From Octopus vulgaris (lineage: Eukaryota): DNA of 64,000 bases. Made by a program: the position numbers and the translations under genes. The stretch spans positions 32,860,001 to 32,924,000 of the forward strand of contig OX597831.1 of NCBI GenBank assembly GCA_951406725.2, given 5' to 3'. Positions 30,400-43,209 of this stretch are shown piece after piece; within the stretch, counting starts at the first letter, position 1, and each line of letters opens with the position of its first letter. Below the pieces are notes generated by a model. It saw only the letters and a program-made list of their open reading frames with translations, was not told the DNA's origin and did not search any database.

Positions 30400-30432
30400 T
30401 AAACATTCTATAATTATAAGCATTATTACTAT

Positions 30433-30723
30433 TAGGGTTCAGCAAAATTTGCTATACCACCTACCGAAATTTAGAAATAGCAGTTAAATACTATACCACT
30501 ACCATAAAATATCTCCCAGTCAGCAATACTCTACAACTCACGCAGGTAAAGAGAAAAAAAATAACGAATCCACCCGGCTTTGATCAACTACATACGCGCT
30601 TCATTGCACGGTGATCGCTTATATAAGCTTGAGGCTTATAAAATAACATTATTATTATTATTTACAGAATTGTAAAACTCGGTAAACAAATAATATGTGG
30701 TGAAGCAATTTTGCTGAACCCTA
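30433..30723. mobile_element. hAT-like MITE
   Basis: TIRs TAGGGTTCAGCAAAATT.GCT..ACCAC / GTGGTGAAGCAATTTTGCTGAACCCTA; the flanking 8-mers attactat and attataat resemble a decayed 8-bp target-site duplication. Confidence 0.65.
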
Positions 30724-30928
30724 ATTATAATTATGCTTATAATTATAGAATTTTTGCATAAGCTTACCGATAATCGTTCTTTTAACATACCGAAATAGTT
30801 GGTAAAATCATTAATTATTAATTGATTAATTAATTTTCCCCTTTATTATTATTATTAATATTTTGCCCCTTCTTCTTCTTCTTCTTCTTCTTCTTCTTCT
30901 TCTTCTTCTTCTTCTTCTTCTTCTTCTT

Positions 30929-31018
<90 letters not shown>

Positions 31019-31820
31019 ATATATATGCGAATGGTTTTGTTAAGCGGTACCGAGTTTTACAATTTTCCCATTGGGTAGACACACTGTGGACAGTTTATCG
31101 GTTTCATCCTCTCTTTTCTTCATAATTGGAGTGGAGAGTATGCTTTTGGGGTAGATGTTGCTTAATAGATTGTTACTGAGCTTGATCATTTCTTCATGGT
31201 GGGTTTCATGATTGCTACTTATATATATTGCTTGATGTTTTAGGCACTGAGCAATAATAATAATAATGTTATTTTATAAGCTTCCAGCGTATATAAGCGA
31301 TCACCGTGCAATGACTAAGAAAACCAATCTAATAATGGGGCATATAAACCCTCGACAGAAAAAGTTAGGTTTTCCCGTGTATACGGTGATCGCTATAAGC
31401 TTTACAAAATACCACATATATATGTGTGTGTGTGCGTGTGTGCGTCCATGTATAACCATATATACATGCATACACATGTGTGTGAGTAGCTGTGAGGTAT
31501 AAGATTTGCTTCCCGTCCACATCGTTCCGGGTTCAGCCCCACTGTGTGACAACTTAGACAATTGTCTTCTACTATAGCCTTGGGCCGACTAAAGCCTTTT
31601 GAGTGGATTTGGTAGGAAATTGAATCAAGCCAATGTATATATATATCTGTGTGTGTGTATTTGAGTACTATTTTTTTCCACCTTGTTTCACATTTATGCG
31701 CTTACCCAGGTATATATATACTTTTATTTTTTATTTGTTTCAGCCATTTGACTACAGCCATGCTGGAGCACCGCCTTTAGTCGAGCAAATCGACACCAGG
31801 ACTTATTCTTTGTAAGCCTA

Positions 31821-31874
<54 letters not shown>

Positions 31875-31878
<4 letters not shown>

Positions 31879-33955
31879 TAGACAAAGCCATTAGAGCAAA
31901 GAAACAGGCCTGGAAAGCCTGGAAGGATAGGGGTAGCAGGGAACTGTACCAGGTAGCCAAAAGAGAGGCTGGGCGGCAGGTATACATAGCCAAGGGCGAA
32001 GCAGAAAAGAAGAAGTTTTCCAATGTCCAGCGACGTGAGGACCAAAGAACTGAGGTATTTCAGATTGCTAGTCAGTGTGTGAGAGAAAATTGTGATGTCA
32101 CAGAGGAGAAATGCGTCCACATGGATGATGGTGCACTTGCTTTTAATGTTTCTGAAAAGAAAGAGGCTTGGAGAAGCCATTATGAAAGACTGCTGAATGT
32201 GGAGAATGAATGGGAGGAGGAGAGCCTGCCAAATGTTGACCCAGTAGAGGGACCAGCTATCCCAATAGACAGCTCCCTAGTAGATAAAGTAATTAAGAGT
32301 ATGAAGCCAGGAAAAGCCCCCGGCCCATCAGGAATGACTGCTGAGATGCTTAAAACATCTGTTGGTGTGGGATTTGGCCTAGTCACCCGCATTGTAAACC
32401 AGGTAGTTCATGATGGAGTCATACCCAATGACTGGCGTAGCAGCACCATAGTCAACTGCTACAAGGGTAAAGGTATGCGCTAGATAGAAATAACTACAGG
32501 AGTATTAAACTGCTGGATCAGGTGATGAAAGTCACAGAGAGAGTCATAGCCCATCTCATTAGGGAGAGAGTCTGCTTAGATGAGATGCAGTTCGGTTTTG
32601 TTCCGAGTAGGATCACCACTGATACCATATTCCTGGTTCGACAACTGCTGGAGAAATACCAAGCTAAAGATAAACCCCTCTACTTAACTTTCGTGGACTT
32701 GGAGAAAGCCTTTGACAGGGTCCCCCAATCCCTTATCTGGTGGGCGATGCAGAAACTGGAGATTGACGAATGGTTAATAAGGGCTGTACAGGCTTTATAC
32801 AGAGAGGCCGTTAGGAAGTTTAGGATTGGCAACGAGTATAGTGAAGAATTCCGGGTAGAAGTAGGGGTCCACCAAGGTTCAGCCCTCAGTCCCCTTTTAT
32901 TCATCATAGTCTTCCAAGCAATAACAGAGGAATTCAAGACTGGTTGCCCCTGGGAGCTCCTCTATGCTGATGACCTGGCCCTCATAGCAGAATCACTACC
33001 GGAACTAGAAATGAAATTTAGGGTGTGGAAGCTAGGTTTAGAATCAAAGGGCCTTTGAGTCAATGTAGCAAAGACCAAAGTTATAGTTAGTAGGAAGGCG
33101 AACTCATCACACACCCCCTCAGGTAGGTGGTCCTGCTCGATCTGTAGAAAATGTGTAGGTAGAAACTCCATAAGATGTACCCAGTGTAAGCTATGGACGC
33201 ATAAGAGGTGCATCAACATCAAAGGAAAATTAACCGAGAAGATAGCTTTCGTGTGCGGCAGATGCACAGGGGCAATAGACACCACAGATACTCAGAAAAC
33301 AGATTCCATTACACTCCAGGGGGAGAAACTAAAAGTAGTTGATAGTTTCCGCTACCTAGGTGACCAAGTTAGTAGTGGATGTGGGTGCTCAGAGAGTGTC
33401 ACCACTAGAATACGAATAGCCTGGGAAAAGTTTAGAAAGCTTCTACCTCTACTGGTGACAAAGGGTCTCTCGCTCAGAGTGAAAGGTAGATTGTACGTCG
33501 CATGTGTGCGGACTGCCATGCTTCATGGTAGTGAAACATGGGCTGTGACTGCAGAGGACATGCGTAGGCTTGAAAGAAATGAAGCTAGCATGATCCGCTG
33601 GATGTGTAACATCAGTGTGCACACACGGCAGAGTGTAAGCACCCTGAGAGAAATGCTGGACATAAGAAGCATAGGTTGTGGTGTTCAAGAGAGACGTTTG
33701 TGCTGATATGGTCATGTACTACGGATGGATGACGGGAGTGGTGTGAAGAAGTGCCACTCCCAAACAGTTGAAAGAATCCGGGGTAGAGGTAGACCCAGGA
33801 AGACATGGGATGAGGTGGTCAAGCATGACCTTTGAACGTTGGGGCTCACAGAGGCAATGACAAAAGACCGAGATCTCTGGAGATATGCTGTGACTGCGAA
33901 GACCCGACAAATAACGTTGAGTTCATCGCTGTTTTCTGCACCTGCTTTACATAGT
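31875..33955 (+). mobile_element. 5'-truncated RTE-clade LINE (disrupted ORF) with a PHD-type zinc finger inside the RT
   Basis: Fragments read KPGKAPGPSG; IPNDWRSS; QFGFVP; FVDLEKAFDRV; GVHQGSALSPLLF; LYADDL; VNVAKTKV; CSIC..CTQC..WTHKRC..CGRC; VDSFRYLG; LHGSETW; GRPRKTW; DRDLWR. Frameshift near 32470 and stops at 33056 and 33704. Confidence 0.9.
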
Positions 33956-34339
33956 CGTCTATTTGCTCGACTAAAGGCGGTGCTCTAGCATGGCCGCAGT
34001 CAAATGACTGAAACAAGTAAAAAAAAAAAAAAAAAAAAAAAACATAATAATAATGAAACGCGGAGTAGTTGAAACGGTGGCGACTGACGAAGGGGAATTT
34101 TCCTTGTGTTATATGTCCTGTACTCTATTTTTCGTTGTTTAAGAAAAATGTCCAGTTCCTTGGTTTTGTGTTTATGTTTTCGTTTCTCATTGTATTCGAC
34201 GTTTTTTTGGTGTCCTGTACCCATATATGCATGTAGATGTAGGTACCTACATTTATGTATGTATATATGCATATGTTTTATTTATTAATTTGTTATTACA
34301 CGACAGAACGCACGCATCCAATTCTAAGTAAGTTTGTTC

Positions 34340-34391
<52 letters not shown>

Positions 34392-34437
34392 CAATAATAA
34401 ATCTCTGAACGAGATATAAACAGTAACTGCTCGACAA

Positions 34438-34519
34438 CGTAAGGGGTATCAGCCATCTGAATGTGGCTAGGGAACCCTGCCCAGTCCCTAGCCACATTCA
34501 GATGGCTGACACCCCTAAC

Positions 34520-34520
<1 letters not shown>
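34438..34520. other. 83-nt near-perfect hairpin
   Basis: 36-bp arms with 2 mismatches and an 11-nt loop accctgcccag. Confidence 0.8.
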
Positions 34521-34583
<63 letters not shown>

Positions 34584-34878
34584 AAAACAAAAGATTAGGA
34601 TTCAAGAAAACCGGGCACTAAATGGTATTGCATACGCTTCGAAGGGTTTTAGTCGAACAAATCGATCCGGTATTTTTTTAAAGCCTAGTACCTATTCTAT
34701 CGGTCATTTTGCCGAACAGCTAAGATACGAGGACATAAATACAACAATACCGATTGGACAAAAACAGACACGACACATACATAAATATACATACATACAT
34801 ATATACATATATATATTTATATATGCATACATATACAAACATAATGCATATACATACATACATACATACATACATACG

Positions 34879-34976
<98 letters not shown>

Positions 34977-35149
34977 GTAAGTGTCTGTGTTTGTCCCCCT
35001 AACTTGACAACCATGCTGGTTCCGGGTTCAGTCCCCGTTACTTAGCGTGGCATCAAAAGAGATTGTCTTCTGCTATAGCCCCGGGCCTACCAATGCCTTG
35101 TGAGTGGATTTGGTAGACGGAAACTGAAACAAGTAAAAGAGTAAAAGAG

Positions 35150-35183
<34 letters not shown>

Positions 35184-35443
35184 CTAATATGCAAAAGTGT
35201 CGTAAGTCCAAAACGTTGCTTTTTCAGAAAATGAAAAAAATAGTTTCACCATTCCCTAGCGAAACCGTTGTACTGCACTTTGACAATTTTTGATATCTTG
35301 GCATCTGAAGCAGCTGGAGATACGATAGTTTGACCAAAAGAACCGGCTATTGCAAGCAATAATAAATAGGTATTTGGACATACGTCAGTTTAACATAACA
35401 GCAGCGATGTACACACACACACACACACATATATATACATAGG

Positions 35444-35475
<32 letters not shown>

Positions 35476-36317
35476 GACAGACAGACAGACACAGAGCGAG
35501 AGACAGAGACAGAGAGAGAATCTGAGAGAGTGAGAGAGATGCGGCGTATCTTGATTGTATAGACCGATAGAGATAACATGACGAAGAGAGCTGGCTTGCT
35601 TGTTTGCGTGTTTGCATGTGTGTGTGGATGTATGTGTACATGTATGTGTGTATATATGCGTATGTCCGTCTGTGTGTGTGTGTGTGTGTGCGTGCGTGTG
35701 TGTCCGTGTGTGTGTGTGTACGTCCGTTGACATAGGATGAAAGAAGCAGTTTTTGTAACAGCTGGAATGGGAGGAGCAGGAGGAAGAGGAGGGGGAGAAA
35801 GAGTTGCAGGGAGAATAGGATTTTCACAGAAGTGGGAGGAGTTACGTTGGTGGGTGTAGTAGGAGTAGGAGTTGTAGCGATATTAGCGGTGGTGGTATTG
35901 GTTGGAGTGAGCGGCTTGCAAATATGACAGAACGATAGATATATAGATGGATATATCGGTAGACAGAGAGATATGTCTGTGTATTTATATATATATATAT
36001 ATATATTCTTTTTATTCTTTTCAGCCATTTGAATGCGGCCATGCTGGAGCAAATCGACACCAGGGCTTATTCTTTTTCTTTGTAAGCCTAGTACTTATTC
36101 TATCGGTTACTCTTGCCGAACCGCTAGGTGACGGGAACGTAACCACACCTGTATCGGTTGTCAAGCGATGGTGCGGGGAGGCGCAGGCGTAGCTTTGTGG
36201 TGAGAATTTATCCTGAGATAGATTGATAGATGGATATATGTATACAAGTATTATATGTATATATGTATGTACATTATCTATCTATCTATACCTTTCCTTG
36301 ATGTGCCTTTCGGTCTC

Positions 36318-36405
<88 letters not shown>

Positions 36406-36496
36406 GTATATATATATATATATATATATTATATACATATATATATATATACATATATACGTATACATATATATACGTATATATATATATATATAT

Positions 36497-36721
36497 ATTT
36501 CTTTACTACCCACAAGGGGCTAAACACAGACAGGAAAGACAAGGACAGACAAACGGATTAAGTCGATTACATCGACCCCCAGTGCGTAACTGGTACTTAT
36601 TTAATCGACCCCGAAAGGATGAAAAGCAAAGTCGACCTCGGCGGAATTTGAACTCGGAACGTAACGGCAGACGAAATACGGGTACGCATTTTGCCCGGCG
36701 TGCTAACATTTTTGCCAGCTC

Positions 36722-36724
<3 letters not shown>
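36497..36724 (-). mobile_element. SINE family B variant with an alternative 3' tail
   Basis: Family B head and body, but tail cttaatccgtttgtc...gtgtttagccccttgtgggtagtaaagaaat; the same tail occurs at 57710-57927. Confidence 0.8.
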
Positions 36725-36819
<95 letters not shown>

Positions 36820-36868
36820 TCTCTCTCTTTATATATATATGTATGTATGTATATATATATATATATAC

Positions 36869-36945
<77 letters not shown>

Positions 36946-37370
36946 GTATATATATAAGTATATAATTAGATATAGATATATTGAGAGATGGATAGGAAGA
37001 TATTGATACATAGTTAAATATGTAATATCTATTTGGTAAATACGTGTGTGTGCGTTGGTGTGATACGACGAAGCATAAGGTGCGGTGAAGAAGGGCGGAG
37101 GCGGCAAGGGGGAGGAAACGGATGATGAGTGTGGGAGTAGAGTGTGGGAGAGAGGTGACATAAAGAGAATGGGGGAAGAGGGTGGTAATGGTTTACAAGG
37201 TTTGTGTTTGTATTGATGGCGGCGATGGCGGCGGGGAAGGTGGTGGACAGAAGAGTGGTATGAGTGGTCTACCGATTATGGGAGTAGCGCGAAAGGAGAG
37301 GGTGTAGGAGAAAGCATCGTATGCGAGGTCCTGCACCGCAGCTCAGCTCACCTAGTTTGGAATTATTTAG

Positions 37371-37419
<49 letters not shown>

Positions 37420-38336
37420 CTCGTGTGTCTGTGTTTGTCCCCCTAGCATTGCTTGACAACCGATGCTGGTGTGTTTACGTCCCCGTCACTTAGCGGTTCG
37501 GCAAAAGAGACTGATAGAATAAGTACTGGGCTTACAAAGAATAAGTCCCGGGGTCGATTTGCTCGACTGAAGGCGGTGCTCCAGCATGGCCGCAGTCAAA
37601 TGACTGAAACAAGTAAAAGAGATAGTTAGACAGATAGATAGATAGTTAGATAGGCAGACAGACAGATAGAAAGATGGATAAATAGATAGTTGGATGAATA
37701 GATAGATGGATGGATAAATAGGTAGATATATAGGTTGAAAGGTAGACAGATAGATGGATAGATATGTAAATTGATGGATAGATGGCTGGAAAGATAGCTA
37801 GTTAGATAGATAGCTAGATGGACAGAAGGATAGATAGATGGATAGATGGATTGATGGACGGTGAGATAGATTGATAAATAGATGGATAGATATGTTGATA
37901 GATGAATAAATAGATCGATAGATCGATAGATAGATAAATAGATGGCTAGCTAGCTAGATAGATAGATATATAGATAGACGGATTGACGGACAGATATATG
38001 GATGGATAGATATGTAGATAAAAAAATATAGACAGATGGATTGCTAGATGGATAGATGAATTGGTAGATACATACATACATACATACATACATACATACA
38101 TACATACATGCATGCATATCAAGCTAGATCGCCAGCTTCCTGAATTGCTTGCTCGCTAGATAGGTGGGTAAATAAATAATTAGATATGTATTTAAATAGC
38201 ATGCTCGCTAGATCGGTAGATATATAGGTAGTTAGGTAGATGGATAGTTAAGCAGTGACTGAGCGTGCTACATAGCTAGAGTGATGATAAATTGGGGAGA
38301 TAAAGTGATAGGTGGATGGATAGATAGATAGATAGA

Positions 38337-38735
38337 TAGGCGCAGGAGTGGCTGTGTGGTAAGTAGCTTGCTAACCAACCACATGGTTCCAGGTTCAGTC
38401 CCACTGCGTGGCACCTTGGGCAAGTGTCTTCTACTATAGCCTCGGGCCGACCAATGCCTTGTGAGTAGATTTGGTAGACGGAAACTGAAAGAAGCCTGTC
38501 GTATATATGTATATATATATATGTATGTGTGTATGTTTGTGTGTCTGTGTTTGTCTCCCTAGCATTGCTTGACAACCGATGCTGGTGTGTTTACGCCCCC
38601 GTCACTTAGCGGTTCGGCAAAAAGAGACCGATAGAATAAGTACTGGGCTTACAAAGAATAAGTCCCGGGGTCGATTTGCTCGACTAAAGGCGGTGCTCCA
38701 GCATGGCCGCAGTCAAAATGACTGAAACAAGTAAA
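38337..38735 (+). mobile_element. SINE family A, full length, young, inside (GATA)n
   Basis: Complete head, body and tail; a separate 3' half lies at 37420-37620. Confidence 0.9.
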
Positions 38736-38742
38736 AGAAAGA

Positions 38743-38804
<62 letters not shown>

Positions 38805-39174
38805 GGATAGATAGATAGGTAGGTAGATAGGTAGTTTGATGGATAGATAACTGGTTAGAAAGGTGAATAGATGGCTTAGTAGCAAGGTAGACAGATAGGT
38901 TTGTGGATAGTGAGATAGACAGCATTGTAAATGAGGGAGATAAATTGATTTCCTAAAAGCTAGAGAGATGTAGTGATTGATTGATTGATTGATAGATAAA
39001 GAAATAGACAGATGTGAGATTAGGCAGACAACCAGCTCACTTGCTAGTTAAATGTGATAAAATAGCTAGGTAGCTAGATATGCGAGATATCTAAATGAGA
39101 CAGCCTGCTAATTAGAAGTGATAATAGCAAGATGGATGGTATATAGATACTTAGACTGTTCCATCCGTCTATCA

Positions 39175-39207
<33 letters not shown>

Positions 39208-39581
39208 TTTTATGTATACGTATGTATGTATGCATACGAAAGGCTTCTTTCAGTTTCCGTCTACCGAATCCAAGCAAAAGGCTTCGGTTGGCTCAGCGCT
39301 ATGGAAGACATTTGCCCAAGATGCCACTCGCTGGGACAGAACCTTGAGTTTGAGGAGAAAAATAATTCTTACCACAAAGCTACGCCTGCGCCTCCCCACA
39401 CCATCGCTTGACAACCGATATTGGTGTGGTTACGTCCCCGTAACTTAGCGGTTCGGCAAAACAGACCGAGAGAATAAGTACTAGGCTTACAAAGAATATA
39501 TCCTGGGGTCGATTTATTCGATTAACGGCAGAGCTCCAGGACGGTCGCAGTCACATGGCTGAAACAAGTAAAAGAGTAAAA

Positions 39582-39622
<41 letters not shown>

Positions 39623-39797
39623 TTATATGTAGAAAAAAACAAACTGGGACAAGAACGCAAAACACTTAGAAGACGATACAAAAAACACGGACGGGACATT
39701 TGAAGCCCTCAATCTTCAGTCAAGAACCGGATCATCGTAGCAATTTCGGCTGATTAAATATATATATATATATATATATATTGTAGATATATATATA

Positions 39798-40010
39798 TGG
39801 CCTAGTGGTTATATATAGCGGACTCGCGGTCGCAGGATCGCGGTTTCGATTCTCATACAAGACCGGGCGTTGTGTGTGTTTATTGAGCGAAAACACCTAA
39901 AAAAAGCTCTACGAGGCTCCGGCAGGAGGGTGGTGATCCCTTGTACTCTTTCACCACAATGGCGGTGCCCCAGCATGGCCACAGCTCAAGAGCTGAAACT
40001 GGAAAAACAA
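39798..40010 (+). mobile_element. SINE family G: different tRNA-like head, tail shared with family A
   Basis: A box TGGCCTAGTGG, B-box-like GGTTTCGATTC, 3' end atggcggtgccccagcatggccacagctc..gagctgaaact. Confidence 0.65.
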
Positions 40011-40031
40011 AAACTATAAATAACAAAAATA

Positions 40032-40069
<38 letters not shown>

Positions 40070-40077
40070 CGTATATC

Positions 40078-40109
<32 letters not shown>

Positions 40110-40641
40110 CGTATATCTACATATACATATATATGCATATACATATATACACACACACATACACACACACGCCCCCACACACATGCACACACACGCGCGC
40201 ACACACACACACATAAACACATACACTCACATACATACACACACATACATACACACATACAAACTCATGCATACACACATACATACATATATACATACAT
40301 ACATACATACATACATACATACATACATACATACATACATACATACATACATACATACATACATGCATATATACATGCATATATACATACATACGTACGT
40401 ACATACATGCACACAGAGAAGATATATTTATAACCATGCATAAATAAATACATATATGGTTTGGCTGTGTGGTAGAAAGTTTGCTTCCAAACCACATGGC
40501 TCCAGTTTCAGTCCCGTAGCACCTTGGTTGAAGAAAGCCTTGTGAGTGGATTTGGCTGACGGAAACTGAAAGAAGCCCTTCGTGTGTTTGTGTATATATA
40601 TATATATATAACAAACATATATATATATATAACAAACATAC

Positions 40642-40677
<36 letters not shown>

Positions 40678-41047
40678 TTATTTAAAAGCAACAGAAAATA
40701 TAACAAAAGCTGTTACTCAGAGTTTCACATTTATGTGCTTACTCCGGTATATATGTATATAAATGTGCGCGCGTGTGTGTGTGTGTGGGTGTGTGTGTGT
40801 ATGTATATATATATATATATATATATGCATATTTATGTATGTATATGTATATATATGTGGGTGGGTGTGGCTATATCTTTGCGTTCGTCCACCTCCGCTT
40901 GACAACCGGTGTTGGTCTGTTTACTTTCTCGTAGGCTAAGTGGTTCGGCAAAAGATAGGAACAGAAATATGCACCAGGTTGTATATTTCTTCCAGGCGGT
41001 GCCCCAGCGTGGCCGCAGTCTAATGACTGAAATAAGTAAACGATAAA

Positions 41048-41090
<43 letters not shown>

Positions 41091-41139
41091 AAATATTGAA
41101 TTTCTAAATCTGTCGTAGAGACATGTACGGTGGTGGGGC

Positions 41140-41292
41140 GATAGAATGGTTGTATACTGTGTCCTTATATACATATATGTATATAAGGACACAGGGAAAA
41201 AATGTGTCGAAGCTGTCAGGAGGCGTTCGATGCCTCCTAGGGCTATACAACGGTGGTGTATATATATATATTTTTCCTGTGTCCTTATATAC

Positions 41293-41370
<78 letters not shown>

Positions 41371-41486
41371 GGAAAAAATGTGTCGAAGCTGTCAGGAGGC
41401 GTTCGATGCCTCCTAGGGCTATACAACGGTGGTGTACCCCCTACTGTCACGTTCTTGTTAGATTGACAGTATACAACCATTCTATA
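41140..41486. mobile_element. Inverted-repeat-bounded element with internal palindrome and ~66-bp direct duplication
   Basis: Ends atagaatggttgtatactgt / acagtatacaaccattctat; palindrome ctgtgtccttatatac..gtatataaggacacag at 41157-41194; duplicated unit at ~41194-41260 and ~41370-41436. Confidence 0.65.
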
Positions 41487-41546
41487 TATATATACATATA
41501 TATGTGTTTGTGTATGTGTGTATGTATGTGTATGTATGTGTGTGTG

Positions 41547-41577
<31 letters not shown>

Positions 41578-41746
41578 ATGTTCTGCTGGAAGTATAAGAC
41601 ACCGTCGTTGGAATGCGTCCTAAACTTCGAATAAGCAGAGGAAGAAATTTGATTGAAGAAATTCTTCGAGGAAGTGCTCCAGCATGGCCGTAGTGCATTT
41701 ACGGGAGCAATGAAAGAATGAGCGTGTGCTATTGATAGAGGGAGAA

Positions 41747-41790
<44 letters not shown>

Positions 41791-42219
41791 AGGGATTTGG
41801 ATGAGATAAAGAGAAAGTAGAAGAGCCGTGTGGAGGTAGGAGGCGGAGGAAAAATGAAAGTAGCAGATGCAGGGAAGTCCATATCGGCGTGTGTGTGTGT
41901 GTGCCTCTGTGTGTGTGTGTGTGCGTGTGTGTGTGTGTGTGTGTGTGCGTGTGTGTGCGTGTATGCGTGTGTGTGTGTGTGTGTGTGTGCGTGTGTGTGT
42001 GCGCGTGTGTGCGTGTGTGTGTGCGCGCGCGCGTAACATCGATCAATGAAAACCAAGTATGAATGAAGGAAGGTTTTGATAAAGAGAGGAAGGTGTGGAG
42101 GTTTGGGGGTGGAGCAGGGACTGAATGGTGATCGGTTATACAGGTTCGTGTTGTTGTTACTGTTGTTGTTGTTGGTGGTGGTGCTGGTGCTGGTGGTGGT
42201 AGTAGAAGGTTGATCTCCA

Positions 42220-42258
<39 letters not shown>

Positions 42259-42429
42259 TCCTTCATCGACAGCAATCGTGGCATCGCCATTAAAAAAAAA
42301 AAAAAACTAAATAAACAATAACGAGAGATCATGATTATGATGATGATAATGACGATGATGTTTGATTTGCCAGAGGGGCTTCAGATGAGAGCTATAGTAA
42401 TAGTAATAATAATAATAACAATAATAGTA

Positions 42430-42468
<39 letters not shown>

Positions 42469-42495
42469 GTAATAATAATAATAACAATAATAGTA

Positions 42496-42534
<39 letters not shown>

Positions 42535-42663
42535 GTAATAATAATAATAATAATCGCATTAGTCGGTGTTGCTGCTACTACTGCTACTGCTGCTGCTGCT
42601 GATTGTGTTGGTTTCATTTTCTACCACACCCATTAATACACACCCACATATACACATGTGTCC

Positions 42664-42715
<52 letters not shown>

Positions 42716-42790
42716 ATACATACATATATACATATACGTATATGTACACACACGTACATATATATATATAAATATGTACAGACAGACATG

Positions 42791-42825
<35 letters not shown>

Positions 42826-42900
42826 ATGTGTGTGCGTGCGTTTGTGTGTGTTTGTTTGTGTGTATGTGTGTTTGTGTGTGTGTGTGTTTGTGTGTTTGTT

Positions 42901-42938
<38 letters not shown>

Positions 42939-43209
42939 CATAAACACGTACACAAATATTTTTGGAGGTTTACCGAGATTGCTTGCTATTGTTGTTGATG
43001 TTGTTGTTGACGTTGTTTGCGTATCAGATCTCTGTTTGTTTGTTTGCTTGCTTGTTGTTGTCGTTGTTGTTACCATATTTCTCTGTCTCTCTCTCTCCCT
43101 CTCTCTCTCCTTCTGTCTCGCTCTCGCTCTGTCTCTCTCTGTCTCTCTCTGTCTCTCTCTCTCTTTCATTCCATCCTCCTCCTCTCAAAGACGCTGGCGG
43201 CCAAAAACG

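Noticed and set aside
38337-38410. tRNA genes suggested by A/B boxes
   Set aside because: These are SINE heads continuing into the repeat body; no complete cloverleaf is evident.
40833-42332. 499-aa minus-strand ORF, the longest in the track
   Set aside because: Made of (TA)n, (CA)n, (GA)n and repeat fragments that lack stops by composition; no domain recognised.
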